45,893 nucleotides of DNA from an uncultured Bifidobacteriaceae bacterium (lineage in GTDB: Bacteria; Verrucomicrobiota; Verrucomicrobiia; Limisphaerales; JADLHS01): assembly GCA_964574525.1 (NCBI GenBank), contig CAZNOE010000003.1, forward strand, positions 1-45,893, read 5' to 3'. The notes below the pieces were generated by a model. It saw only the letters and a list, made by a program, of their open reading frames with translations, did not search any database and was not told where the DNA came from. Every line of letters starts with the position of its first letter. Within the stretch, counting starts at the first letter, position 1. Positions 1-9,400 of this stretch are shown here, one piece after another. The translations under genes were made by a program, and so were the position numbers.

Positions 1-34
1 TCAGTCACTTGCAAACCCATTTTTCAGAAATTAT

Positions 35-421
35 TTAGATGCGTCTGCCCTGGCCGTACACCACCGAGGCATTGCCTGATGCCGGCACTTGGGTCACGAT
101 GATTTTCCCTTTGGCGGCGATGGGGTTGTCGAGCGTCAATCGCAAGGAGCCGCCAAAGACGTCAGCGTAGTTGGCGCGGACGGTGGCCCGGGCAATTACG
201 CCGCCGGCTTCACCCGCAGCGCCAAGACTGGCAGAGTTGGTAAAACCAAAATTCTGTTCGGCTGTTCGGCAGAGCCACTCCCACCAACCGTTGGTGGCGG
301 CGGAGACGGCGGAGTCGAAGGTCTCGGTCTTCGTGATGATCGTTTGACCCGACGTCGAAGGGAGCACGGCGAGGAGCAAGGATGCCGCCGCCAACAGGTG
401 GAGGTTGTTTTTGGTATTCAT
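35..421 (-). CDS. Hypothetical secreted protein with a cleavable signal peptide
   Basis: ORF 35..421(-) with ATG at 419-421. N-terminus MNTKNNLHLLAAASLLLAVLPSTSGQ looks like a Sec signal peptide. The mature part is Gly/Ala/Thr-rich with no motif I recognise. Confidence 0.45.
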   Translation of the reverse strand: MNTKNNLHLLAAASLLLAVLPSTSGQTIITKTETFDSAVSAATNGWWEWLCRTAEQNFGFTNSASLGAAGEAGGVIARATVRANYADVFGGSLRLTLDNPIAAKGKIIVTQVPASGNASVVYGQGRRI

Positions 422-674
422 AGGGTTTTGGTCATGGGTTGTTGGATGGAGACTGGCTCATGGTTGTTTTGGGCTTAATCCTTGTTTCATTGCCTCGTTC
501 AATTCCGCGTGAAAATCCGGAAATCGTCACCTGCCTCGTGCCCTGTGCAGAACGTGGAGCGCGGAATCGGGACGTTATGTCCGTGTTGTGATAAACAACT
601 CAACCGCGCTCGTCATTGGAACGGATCTCATGTTTCGTCTCATGAATCTTCCAACGTTTGGTTAACGGCGATGG

Positions 675-1046
675 TCAATTCTCCGGGTGGATGCGAAAAA
701 ACAAATCCGATGTGGCCTTGTAAAGCTCCGGGCTGTTCAGGTTTGGGTTTTGGGCGATCGCTTCCCTTGTTTGTTTGATTAGGATATCAACCGCCTTCTT
801 TTGCGCCTCATCAACCACCGGCTGGCTTTGAACCACCCGATTCAGCGTGCTGATTGCCTGGGCGTAGTTTTTTGCCTGGAAGGCCTCGCTCGCCTGAACG
901 ACTTGCTGCTTGATCGGCGCATCAGCCTTTTCATAACTCTTCTGCAGTTGTTCGGCCGCGACTTTGTCCGACCCGGCCTTGCTGCCACACCCACCCGCTG
1001 CCACCGCCACGCCCACCACCATTGTTATCCACCCGATCCGTTTCAT
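675..1046 (-). CDS. Small alpha-helical lipoprotein, paralogue 1 of 3, partner of the upstream prepilin-like gene
   Basis: ORF 675..1100(-) trimmed to the ATG at 1044-1046. MKRIGWITMVVGVAVAAGGC is a signal peptide plus lipobox Cys. It lies 35 nt downstream of the prepilin-like gene. C-terminal pattern AIAQNPNLNSPELY..LFF is shared with the ORFs at 4345 and 17625. Confidence 0.6.
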   Translation of the reverse strand: MKRIGWITMVVGVAVAAGGCGSKAGSDKVAAEQLQKSYEKADAPIKQQVVQASEAFQAKNYAQAISTLNRVVQSQPVVDEAQKKAVDILIKQTREAIAQNPNLNSPELYKATSDLFFRIHPEN

Positions 1047-1081
1047 AGGGATTTTCGTCACCGGCCATTTCCAACCCAGCC

Positions 1082-1873
1082 TTAGAATGCCGGGTCCCAA
1101 TGTTTGTCCGTCTGCGCTCGCGTTGGCTCGTAAAGCTCGTCGGGCAGCAGACCAAAATCGCTGCTCCGCAGTTTCCGATATTTCTTGTACTCGGCGTGGC
1201 CATCCACGAAGATCAGGTTGCTGCCTTCCTCATGCACGTTGCAGAGATGTTCACGATAATACGGGGTCAGAAAGGAATCCGATTCGGCCTTGCTGGCCCA
1301 CATGTGCCATTCGTGGTACGTGGTGGACACCAGCCCTTCCATGGCCGCCTCGGAACGGTCGTCCGGCTCCGGTTGATTCCAGATGACGTTGGAAAGGGAC
1401 CAGGCCTCCTGCATGAGAATGATCGCAGCCGGTCGGGTTACCGCCGAAAGCGAGCGGCCTAGCGGAAGCGTGTTGACGGACAAACCGGTGCTGCTATAAC
1501 GCGTCGGCAGATAGGCGATGCCTGGGTTGGGTTTCAACGACGGACAACTGTAAACTGCGGGGGAAGCCAGGCCGCCCTTCGCTCCAACGTAGGGGACCAG
1601 CAGATTCAACACGTTGGGTAGCGCAAAGGGATTGTTGAAGTCCGAAACCGGGTGGCGCTTGGGTGGCAGCTTCTTTCCGTCCGCTTCATACAGGTGCAGG
1701 GCCAGACCCACCTGGCGCATGTTGCTCATGCAGGAAATTCTTTTGCCCTTCTCCTTCGCCTTCGAGAGGGCCGGGAGCAACATGGCCGCGAGGATCGCGA
1801 TAATGGCAATCACCACCAGGAGTTCGATCAGAGTAAAGCCGCGCCGCTCGTCCGTTAAATGCCTTTGGTTCAT
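1082..1873 (-). CDS. Prepilin-type N-terminal cleavage/methylation domain protein, H-X9-DG (DUF1559-like) family, copy 1
   Basis: ORF trimmed to the ATG at 1871-1873. [36 protein letters not shown] carries the G|FTLIE prepilin motif. C-terminal [13 protein letters not shown] fits H-X9-DG. Confidence 0.85.
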   Translation of the reverse strand: MNQRHLTDERRGFTLIELLVVIAIIAILAAMLLPALSKAKEKGKRISCMSNMRQVGLALHLYEADGKKLPPKRHPVSDFNNPFALPNVLNLLVPYVGAKGGLASPAVYSCPSLKPNPGIAYLPTRYSSTGLSVNTLPLGRSLSAVTRPAAIILMQEAWSLSNVIWNQPEPDDRSEAAMEGLVSTTYHEWHMWASKAESDSFLTPYYREHLCNVHEEGSNLIFVDGHAEYKKYRKLRSSDFGLLPDELYEPTRAQTDKHWDPAF

Positions 1874-2242
1874 TCGTAGCAAGTTTGGTTGTTCATTGCA
1901 TGAATTTGGCTCTCCGCCGAATATGACCATATCTATCAAGCTCGAGGAGCGGAATACAAAAACCGACATATGTTGTGCGAAAAACGATTCGCTCGAGACA
2001 TGGTTGGGAGCGGGAATCATTTCGTGCCATGCCCGGCGATTGACATGCGCCCCCGCCGCTTGATCGCCGAGGTCCCCGGGTCCGGCTGCCGTTTGCTTCG
2101 GTGATCAGGAGCAGGGGCCAGGCTCTTCCGTTCAGCGCTCTGCGGTCGCGTTGAGGAAGCCGAGTGGCCCGCCATTGCCATACCCGCAAGCCGGCCACGT
2201 AGCGCGGAATGCCTACAAGTCCCTGCGCTCCGCATTCTGCGC

Positions 2243-3826
2243 CTACGATTCAGGGCCAGCCGGTGACGCCGCTGTACCGAGCCGTCTCCGGTGCAGCCAA
2301 CCCCACAGGGTCAGTTCGCGCAAGCTCCGGTCGGGCGCAGCGAAAAACAGACTAGCCACGGAACCCACCGCCACCAGCACGATATGACCCACGACCCCGA
2401 TCATGATTCCCGGCAGCTTGAAGTTGTAGTCGCCAAGGTCCAAGATACTTTCTTTTCCGCTCGTAAGCGTGGCCCAACCCGTGAAGAGCAAACAGGCAAT
2501 GATCCCGATCCAAACCCCCGGTTTGTTCGCGCGCATGCTGAGGAAGGCGAGGATGAACAAGCCGGCGATGCCGCCCGTGAGAATGGACGAGACGGTGAAG
2601 TAGAGCGAGAGCGCCCGCTCTCCGGCCAGCGTGATGATGATGGCGATGGCCACGGCGGCCAAGCCGCAGATCGCCACGATTAACTTGCCCATGAAGAGGC
2701 GTTGCCGATCCGTCGAGTGGGGCCGCAGCTTGCGATAATAATCCTCCACGCCGACCGCCGAGAGACAGTTCAGGTCCGAAGCCAACGTGGACATTCCAGC
2801 CGCGAACAATGCCGCCATGAACAGACCGGCCAGACCCACCGGGATTTTGGTGGTCAAGAAGTAGGGGAAAACTTTGTCACCCACGACCTTGCCCGCCTTG
2901 TCAAAAAGGTGGGGAGGCAGCGCCTCACCCGAGAGTTGATAGTACGCCCACACCAGCGTACCGATGAGCATGAACAGCACCCAGCACGGCAAGCACATGA
3001 GCGCCCCAAACGCCACGCCTTTCAGTGCGTCGCGGTTGGACTTGGCCACCAAATAGCGCTGCACAATGGTCTGGTCGCCGGTGTATTTCTGCAAGTACCA
3101 GAAGACACCGTAGAGCGACATCACCCAGACGCCTTTCTTCGTGAGGTCGAAGTTCCAGTCGCCAAGACTGAACTTGTTGTTCTCCCAGGCCAGGCTGAAG
3201 GCCGCCGACGCACCGCCCGGCGGGATGGTCAAAAGCACAATCAAGACAACGACAATCCCCACCCACATTATTATGCCTTGCAAGACTTCGGTCCAAATCA
3301 CTGCTTCCAGTCCACCGATGAGCGTGTAAAAGACGGTAACGACTCCCGAGATCAAAATTACACCGATTAGGTTCCAGCCGGTCATGCTGTGAATCGTCAG
3401 CGCCAGCAGGTAAAACACAAAACCCATTTTTGAGAAATGGCCCAGGGAAAATCCCAAGCTACTGTAAAAGCGCGCGCCATAGCCAAACCGCTTGCCAAAA
3501 TACTCGTAGGCGCTCAGCCCCACGGCTTGGCGAAAGAAGGGAATGACCACCAGGCCAATCACCAGCAGCACCCCGACCACCATGAAGCCGGGCACCAGTT
3601 CGTTCCAGTTCGAGGCGTAGGCCGAGCCAGGATAGGCGATGAAAGTGATGCTGCTGATCAACGTGGCAAAAAACGAGAAGCCCATCGCCCAGTGAGGGAT
3701 GGCCCGCTTGGCCACGAAGTAATTTTCAGTCGTGGTCTGCCGTCGCGAGCAGCGCCAGCCGATGTAGGCCACCGCCACCATGTAGAGCAGGATAATGATC
3801 AGGTCCAGCCAGCGTATGTTTGCCAT
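2243..3826 (-). CDS. Sodium:solute symporter (SSS) family transporter
   Basis: Start trimmed to the ATG at 3824-3826 (MANIRWLDLIIILLYMVAVAYIGW...). Many hydrophobic helices run through about 527 aa. The N-terminal ENYFVAKR and following pattern is typical of SSS permeases. Confidence 0.85.
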   Translation of the reverse strand: MANIRWLDLIIILLYMVAVAYIGWRCSRRQTTTENYFVAKRAIPHWAMGFSFFATLISSITFIAYPGSAYASNWNELVPGFMVVGVLLVIGLVVIPFFRQAVGLSAYEYFGKRFGYGARFYSSLGFSLGHFSKMGFVFYLLALTIHSMTGWNLIGVILISGVVTVFYTLIGGLEAVIWTEVLQGIIMWVGIVVVLIVLLTIPPGGASAAFSLAWENNKFSLGDWNFDLTKKGVWVMSLYGVFWYLQKYTGDQTIVQRYLVAKSNRDALKGVAFGALMCLPCWVLFMLIGTLVWAYYQLSGEALPPHLFDKAGKVVGDKVFPYFLTTKIPVGLAGLFMAALFAAGMSTLASDLNCLSAVGVEDYYRKLRPHSTDRQRLFMGKLIVAICGLAAVAIAIIITLAGERALSLYFTVSSILTGGIAGLFILAFLSMRANKPGVWIGIIACLLFTGWATLTSGKESILDLGDYNFKLPGIMIGVVGHIVLVAVGSVASLFFAAPDRSLRELTLWGWLHRRRLGTAASPAGPES

Positions 3827-4240
3827 AAGTGTTATCTTCTTCCTGCCGATCCCATAACCAAAGCCGGGAGCCACGGGACGGAAATCCAGTTTGGAACGAT
3901 TAGGTCGTCAGGCCCGTCGCATTGAATCCCATGTCGAAGCCGATGTGGAGTACGGTGGTTCACCCACAGTTTCTCGTTTGACCAGCGCCTTTCCTCATCT
4001 GGCTGGGAAATCTTTCGTGAATTCTCTAAACACCGGTGTTCAACCGAAGTCACACCTCCAAGCTTTCCCCGGAAAAACCGCTGTGTGCCACCGACGCGCG
4101 ATACGCGCACAAGGGGATCAACGACGTTGTGCGCGCCAAAGCCGGGTTCCAATGCAAAAGCAAGGTCAGGGTACGGTGCAAGAATCTTCATGGGTGTCAA
4201 AGGTGTGACTCTTTCGCCAGCGGCCTATCGGACTGCTTGC

Positions 4241-4271
4241 ACAAAAACCGGAAGGCCATTCCCCGCCTTCC
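4241..4271 (-). terminator. Putative rho-independent terminator after lipoprotein 2
   Basis: Minus-strand RNA forms stem GGAAGGC (4265-4271 rc) / GCCUUCC (4250-4256 rc) with loop GGGGAAUG. It is followed by GGUUUUUGUGCA. It lies about 75 nt downstream of the stop at 4345. Confidence 0.55.
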
Positions 4272-4344
4272 ACTTCTCACACCCATACAGCACAGACTGC
4301 GCTGATCTTGCCTCGATCTCCTAATCCCTGAACCGGCACGTCCC

Positions 4345-4716
4345 TCAGTGACCCTTGCCGTACACCTTAAAGAACATTTTCTGCCGCATTTCGTACATCT
4401 CTTTGGTGTCCAAGCTCGGATTAGCCGCAATAGCATCATTAACCTGCTTGAGAGCGATGCCCACTGCCTGTGTTTGCTCCGGGGTAAGATTCGCGGTGTT
4501 GAGGACCGGGTTCAGTTTCCTGACGGCCTCCACATAGTTTCCTGATTTCAAGTTCGCGGTGGCAGCTTGGACATTTTGCTGCACCTCAGGTGTCGCGGTC
4601 GCAAAACTCTGTTCCAGTGGTTTGGTGGCATCAACTTTGGCTTCCTTTTTGCAGCCGACCAAGGCGACCGCCACGGCTGAGATTAGCAGAGGCGCAATAA
4701 TTGTGAATGATTTCAT
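4345..4716 (-). CDS. Small alpha-helical lipoprotein, paralogue 2 of 3
   Basis: Trimmed to the ATG at 4714-4716. MKSFTIIAPLLISAVAVALVGC is a signal peptide plus lipobox. It lies 28 nt downstream of prepilin-like copy 2. The conserved tail is AIAANPSLDTKEMY..MFF. Confidence 0.6.
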   Translation of the reverse strand: MKSFTIIAPLLISAVAVALVGCKKEAKVDATKPLEQSFATATPEVQQNVQAATANLKSGNYVEAVRKLNPVLNTANLTPEQTQAVGIALKQVNDAIAANPSLDTKEMYEMRQKMFFKVYGKGH

Positions 4717-4744
4717 AATGTGCATGCGTTGACGGTGAGGTGCA

Positions 4745-5524
4745 TCAAGGTGCGAATCTATAGGACGCACGTGAGTGTGCCTCGGTGGGCTGCCAGGGTG
4801 AATCGTTGCCACTGGAGTCCACCAGGCCCCAGTCCATGCTCGAGGTCTTTTTGTTTTTCTTATACTCGGCGTGGCCGTCCGTAAAAATCAGGTTTCCGCC
4901 CTGATTATGGATATTATTGTAATGCTCTCGTGGCCCAACCCACTCAGACCCCCGGCCGTCAATGTAGGAGTGCCACTGCGACCAATTATCACCGCCGCCC
5001 TCCGGTTCAGTCCACATCGTGCCCATGAGCGCATAATGCTCCTGCATCACGACGGTTCTAGCCGGCCGGGGAATCCCCTTGATTCCTTTTTCCAGAACCA
5101 GTCCGCTCACGATGAGGGCAGTTGAGCTAACCCGCGTTGGGGCGTAGGCTATCTTTTCCGGCACGGGAGGGGTCCCCGCAGCCGGGCAGATGAAAACCTG
5201 ACCGGGGTCGCTGACATCATTTTTTATGTTCATGTAGGGCCGGAGCAGCTTGAGAATATTGTCCGAGGAAAACTGACTGTTGAAGTCGAAGATGACCCGT
5301 TGCGTGGGCAGTTTTCCGTTGTTGTCTCCCTCATAAAGCTGGAGGGCGATGCCCACTTGCCGCATATTGCTCAAGCAGGCAGTTAACTTGGCCTTCTGCT
5401 TCGCTTTCGCGAGGGACGGCAGGAGCATGGCGGCCAGGATGGCGATGATGGCGATGACCACGAGCAACTCAATGAGTGTGAAACCCAGCGCACGGCTTGG
5501 TTTTCTGGAAGCTAACTGTTTCAT
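4745..5524 (-). CDS. Prepilin-type N-terminal cleavage/methylation domain protein, H-X9-DG family, copy 2
   Basis: ATG at 5522-5524. N-terminus [39 protein letters not shown]-terminal [13 protein letters not shown] fits H-X9-DG. Confidence 0.85.
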   Translation of the reverse strand: MKQLASRKPSRALGFTLIELLVVIAIIAILAAMLLPSLAKAKQKAKLTACLSNMRQVGIALQLYEGDNNGKLPTQRVIFDFNSQFSSDNILKLLRPYMNIKNDVSDPGQVFICPAAGTPPVPEKIAYAPTRVSSTALIVSGLVLEKGIKGIPRPARTVVMQEHYALMGTMWTEPEGGGDNWSQWHSYIDGRGSEWVGPREHYNNIHNQGGNLIFTDGHAEYKKNKKTSSMDWGLVDSSGNDSPWQPTEAHSRASYRFAP

Positions 5525-5589
5525 AGAATGCTTTTCAGAACTGCGTATGCTTAACCCTTACCCAAGAGCAACTTTCTTGGAAATAGGAA

Positions 5590-5624
5590 AACTGGTAAAA
5601 TCCTTGCGTTTATTGCCAAGGATT
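5590..5624 (-). terminator. Inverted repeat, possibly a weak terminator or operator, between the YhcH-like gene and prepilin copy 2
   Basis: An 8-bp perfect inverted repeat, aatccttg (5599-5606) / caaggatt (5617-5624), with a 10-nt loop. On the minus strand it is followed by UUUUACCAGUUUUCC. The stem is AU-rich, hence the low confidence. Confidence 0.3.
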
Positions 5625-5738
5625 CTGGCGAGCCGCTGAAGCGCTGGACGCATCTGTTCGACCGGCTGGACCATTTGCTTTTCCGCGGATGCCTGCACAA
5701 CCCCACAGTTCTGATCTGCGGAGCGTTCCACATCACCG

Positions 5739-6350
5739 TCAGCGATGAGATAAGTCGGTTGCATGAGACTGGCTCCAAACTGGCATTGATGGCTGGTCGT
5801 TGCTGGAAAGGAGAGCCGGGAATGCTTGGAAACCATCCGTCACGAGCGCATCCTCGACTTTTACCACGATCTTTCGCACCAAGTCGTCACCGCTGCCGTC
5901 CACGCGCAGACAGGGAGCATGGGCGTCGTTGGGAAAGAGCACGGCCAGAACGCCCGATTGCAAGAGCAGGCGACTGTGGTCGCCCGCTTCAAGCGGAAAG
6001 AAGATATTGCCGTCCGTGTCGTACCGGGGGAGATGCCGTTGGGCACGCAGGTCGCAGACTTCGATCCATTCCTGACCGGCGCAAATGTACTGCAGGTCCG
6101 TGTGGCGCTCATGGGCTTCAAATCTTGCCTCCGCTCGCGTCCGGGCGTGGTAACACTGGATGATGACATAAAGGGCGCCGCCTTCGATCACGAGTTTGGT
6201 GCTGTCGCCAGGTTTTTGACTGGCAACAATTTTGGCGATTTCAGGTGCGCGGCCTGCCAGGTAATCCTGGATGAGCGCCAACCCCCGCTCGAGCCGGCTT
6301 TGCGGGCGGACTTGGGCGATCAGGTCTTCAACTTTTCCGAGCATGGCCAT
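5739..6350 (-). CDS. YhcH/YjgK/YiaL (DUF386, EbgC-like) family protein
   Basis: The ORF's first codon at 6363-6365 is TTG, so I trimmed to the ATG at 6348-6350 (MAMLGKVEDL...). The core FEAHERHTDLQYICAGQEWIEV...LAVLFPNDAHAP matches the cupin-like YhcH signature (H-x-x-x-D-hq-y ... P.D.H). Confidence 0.75.
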   Translation of the reverse strand: MAMLGKVEDLIAQVRPQSRLERGLALIQDYLAGRAPEIAKIVASQKPGDSTKLVIEGGALYVIIQCYHARTRAEARFEAHERHTDLQYICAGQEWIEVCDLRAQRHLPRYDTDGNIFFPLEAGDHSRLLLQSGVLAVLFPNDAHAPCLRVDGSGDDLVRKIVVKVEDALVTDGFQAFPALLSSNDQPSMPVWSQSHATDLSHR

Positions 6351-6422
6351 ATTCAATTCCTCCAATCTGGGTGCGTGGCCGACATCGCGCGGTGTGCGCC
6401 TCGCGGTTGTGTGCGGGGGCTT

Positions 6423-9400
6423 TCATTGCGCAAGAAAATCTTGATACGCCGCGCCAAGATCAACGGGTTTATCCACCGGGGACGAATGCAACAGCGCTCC
6501 GAAGCGAATGCGGAAGGTTTCGCCTTTCTTCACTTCTACACTGCTGACTTCGCCCTGCTTCATCGCCTTGCGACCGAAGGAATTTGCGACAAAAACGCCG
6601 TAGTCCCGGTTGTGCCACCAACTGGGCCGGAAGTTTTTCGGGTCTGGCATGATGGTCGCGCCCACCAGCCGGTTGTCCATCGTGCCCGAATAGTCACACC
6701 ACTCGCCGGGCTTGCCCCAGGTTGCCTTCGCTGTAGTCGCACCAGCGCTGTTGCGAATGGTGCCGCCGTTCTTCTCAGTGATCGAAGTGGCGACACGAAT
6801 GCCAAAGCCCATCTCCTCCTGGTCCCCGAAAGCGAAGTCGCTATCATCGGATTTGAAACTCGCCTCCAAAATCAACAGATAGCCAGCCGGTCGGGAAGCC
6901 AGCGTGACGCGGTTGATTAGTTTGCAAAGCAACTTGCCGTCCTTGGTCAGCACGCTGTTCTCGGTCGCAAACCGAAGTTTCCCATCACGCACCGCCGGCG
7001 CTTCGATGAAGCGGTCGTGTTGAATGGCGGCCTTGTTCCGCCAATAATCGTTGCCGCTGATGTCACCGAACCCGAGCCACAGGCCCGGATGCAAATCGGC
7101 GTGATCCGTCGAGTCCTTCCCGGGAATTGGCGGGAAATTGCGCGACACCTGGACGCCGTCCGGCGCGTGCAGATGCGCGAAGAAGGGACGCAGAATTTTT
7201 TCATCCTTCCAAATGTAATGCGCGACGGGCTGGCCGCGGTGCGTGATGATGAGGCGATCGGGTTTCGGTTCGAAGGCAAAGCCGTCGCCGCGAACCGTGG
7301 CCGATTCGCCCGAAGAGCTGGCTTCGGCCGCCGCGAGACTGGAGAAACCATTTCCGCGCCCTTCCCGTTTTCCGTCTCCGACCGAGCGGGCTGCGAGGGT
7401 GACGGCGCCGGGTTTCTGGAGCATCAGCCAGGCGGCCAAATCTGCGACCTGCTCGGGCGCGAGCAACTCGGCAAAGGACGGCATCGGAGAGTTGCGCGAG
7501 GTGGTGTGTTTCTTGATTTTGCTTTTTTCAATCCGAAGCGGTTGGCCGCTGGCCTGCGCCAGGGTGAGAATGAAATCGGTCTCCTCAACCAACGTGCCGG
7601 AATAGTCGCCGTCGCTGGTTTCCACGTCGTGGCCGGAGAAGCCTTCTTTGATGATGGCGTTCGGTTCCAGTATGGACTGAACGATGTAATTGGGGTCATT
7701 CCCGCTGCCGATGTCGGTGAGCTCGGGCCCGAATTTGTTGCCGCGGTCGCTGACGCGATGGCAGTTGAAACACGCCAGCCCGACACCGTTGAAAAAGAGT
7801 TGCTCGCCACGCTCAGGTTTGCCTTTGGCGAGTGCGGTCAGGGCTTGCGCAATAGTCGTGGGCGTCGCCAGTGGTTTCATCCCGACGGGCTGATACAAGA
7901 CCAAGTAAGCGGAGCATCCGCCCTCGCGCCCTTCATCGTTGTTGCCGCCCAGCACGACTTCTCCAGCCGCGAATTCCTTTCGAAACAGACGAAAGGAGGT
8001 GTCCGTCGATTGCACCACCAGATCCGTGGGTGTGAAACCGTCCGGCTGGCCGACTTTCATCCACTGTGGTCGTGCCGACAGCCGCACGTCATGGCCGAGA
8101 TAAATTGTGACTGGGAGGCGTGCCTCGAACTTCAGCAGCGATCCGCCGCTCGAACCGGCGTCGTTGTTGGCCGTCTGAACATAGCGCGCGCCGGCGACCG
8201 CTTCGGGCACTTCCTTGAATGTGATCTGCCGGTCCGTGTAGGTCACCGCGCCTGCTTTGAGGGCGGACGATGGCAGCCGATACCGCTCCTTGCTGTCCGC
8301 GCGAAGGTTTGCAATGAGACCGTCCTTGGCTTGCTCGGCGCCGCGGTTGCTCTCGCTCTTTGTTGTTTCCCGGCTCGGGGATGGGCTGCTGCCATCCAAA
8401 GGTCTTCCTCTCAGTTGTGGTTTCTCGCCACCAGTCGCAGTCTTCGCCAGCCACAACTTCGCCAGTTCGCGGGTGTCCGCATCGGCATCCGCCTCCAAGC
8501 CGGCAACCTCAACCTGCGAGAGTGCGCGCAGATCCAGCAACGCCAGCAACGCCGCCCGGCGCACGCCGTCCTGTTTGTGTTTCAACGATGCCTTTAGGTC
8601 ATTCGTGGACGTCAGATCGCGCAGGGCGTGCCAGACCGTGTAGTACGTCAGCCGGTCGGTTTCGGTGGCGGCGGACTCCTTGAGTGCGGGAACAAACTGC
8701 AACTGCTTGGCCTGCCAGATCGCCTGGGCCGCCTCGAAGCGCAGACGCGGTTCCTTGTGCTTGAGCAATTCCGCAACCGCCTTCGGAAGGGATTGTGGTT
8801 TTCCGCCAAGCTTCGCGCGCTGCCCCAGGATGCGCGCCGACTGCACTCTCAGATTCAAACTCGCGGGGTGACGGTCGTAAAGATTGGTCAGGAAATATTG
8901 ATCAACACCGGGATCTCCGGGCGCGATCCGTCCCAGTGCCCAAGCGGCCCAGGTTTCCTGCGCCTCGCTGAGTTTGCCGCTCAGCAGGGCCTCGCGGAGT
9001 TCCAGTTTTACAGCCGCGCCGCGCCGCACCAACTCATCCTGCGCATTAACCCGCCAGACCGGCAGCGGCCCGGCGAGGTCGGCGATCAACTCGGCCACAG
9101 TCCACTTCGCCACGGGCTTGTCGCGCTTGGCGCCATACCACGTTGAACGTGGAATCAGCGGCGCGATCTTCGACGCGATGCGAAATACCCGGCCTTCGTT
9201 TGCCATCTGCTGGTTGGCGTCCCATTGCACACCATATTCACGTCCCCAGCCAAGGCTGTACAACGCGCCGTCCGGGCCGACCTCGATATCCGTCGGCCGG
9301 AAGAGCGCTTTCGTACCGACAATGAACTCTTCCCATTTACCGTTCTCCGGCTGCAAGAGCGCCCCGTCCCACGTGGGGCGATACACGTACGTCTTCTTAT

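Noticed and set aside
2235-2245. An 11-nt match (taggcgcagaa on the minus strand) to part of element copy B. There is also a TTTGCGCAAGGAT half-site at 13877-13890 upstream of the Gfo operon.
   Set aside because: Both matches are short. The first overlaps the symporter stop codon and is in the opposite orientation relative to its neighbouring genes. Matches of this length are expected by chance in 46 kb.
4036-4060. tRNA-like T-arm (ggtgttcaaccg) in the long intergenic region.
   Set aside because: Only a 3-bp stem is possible, and there is no acceptor or anticodon arm geometry. It is not a tRNA.
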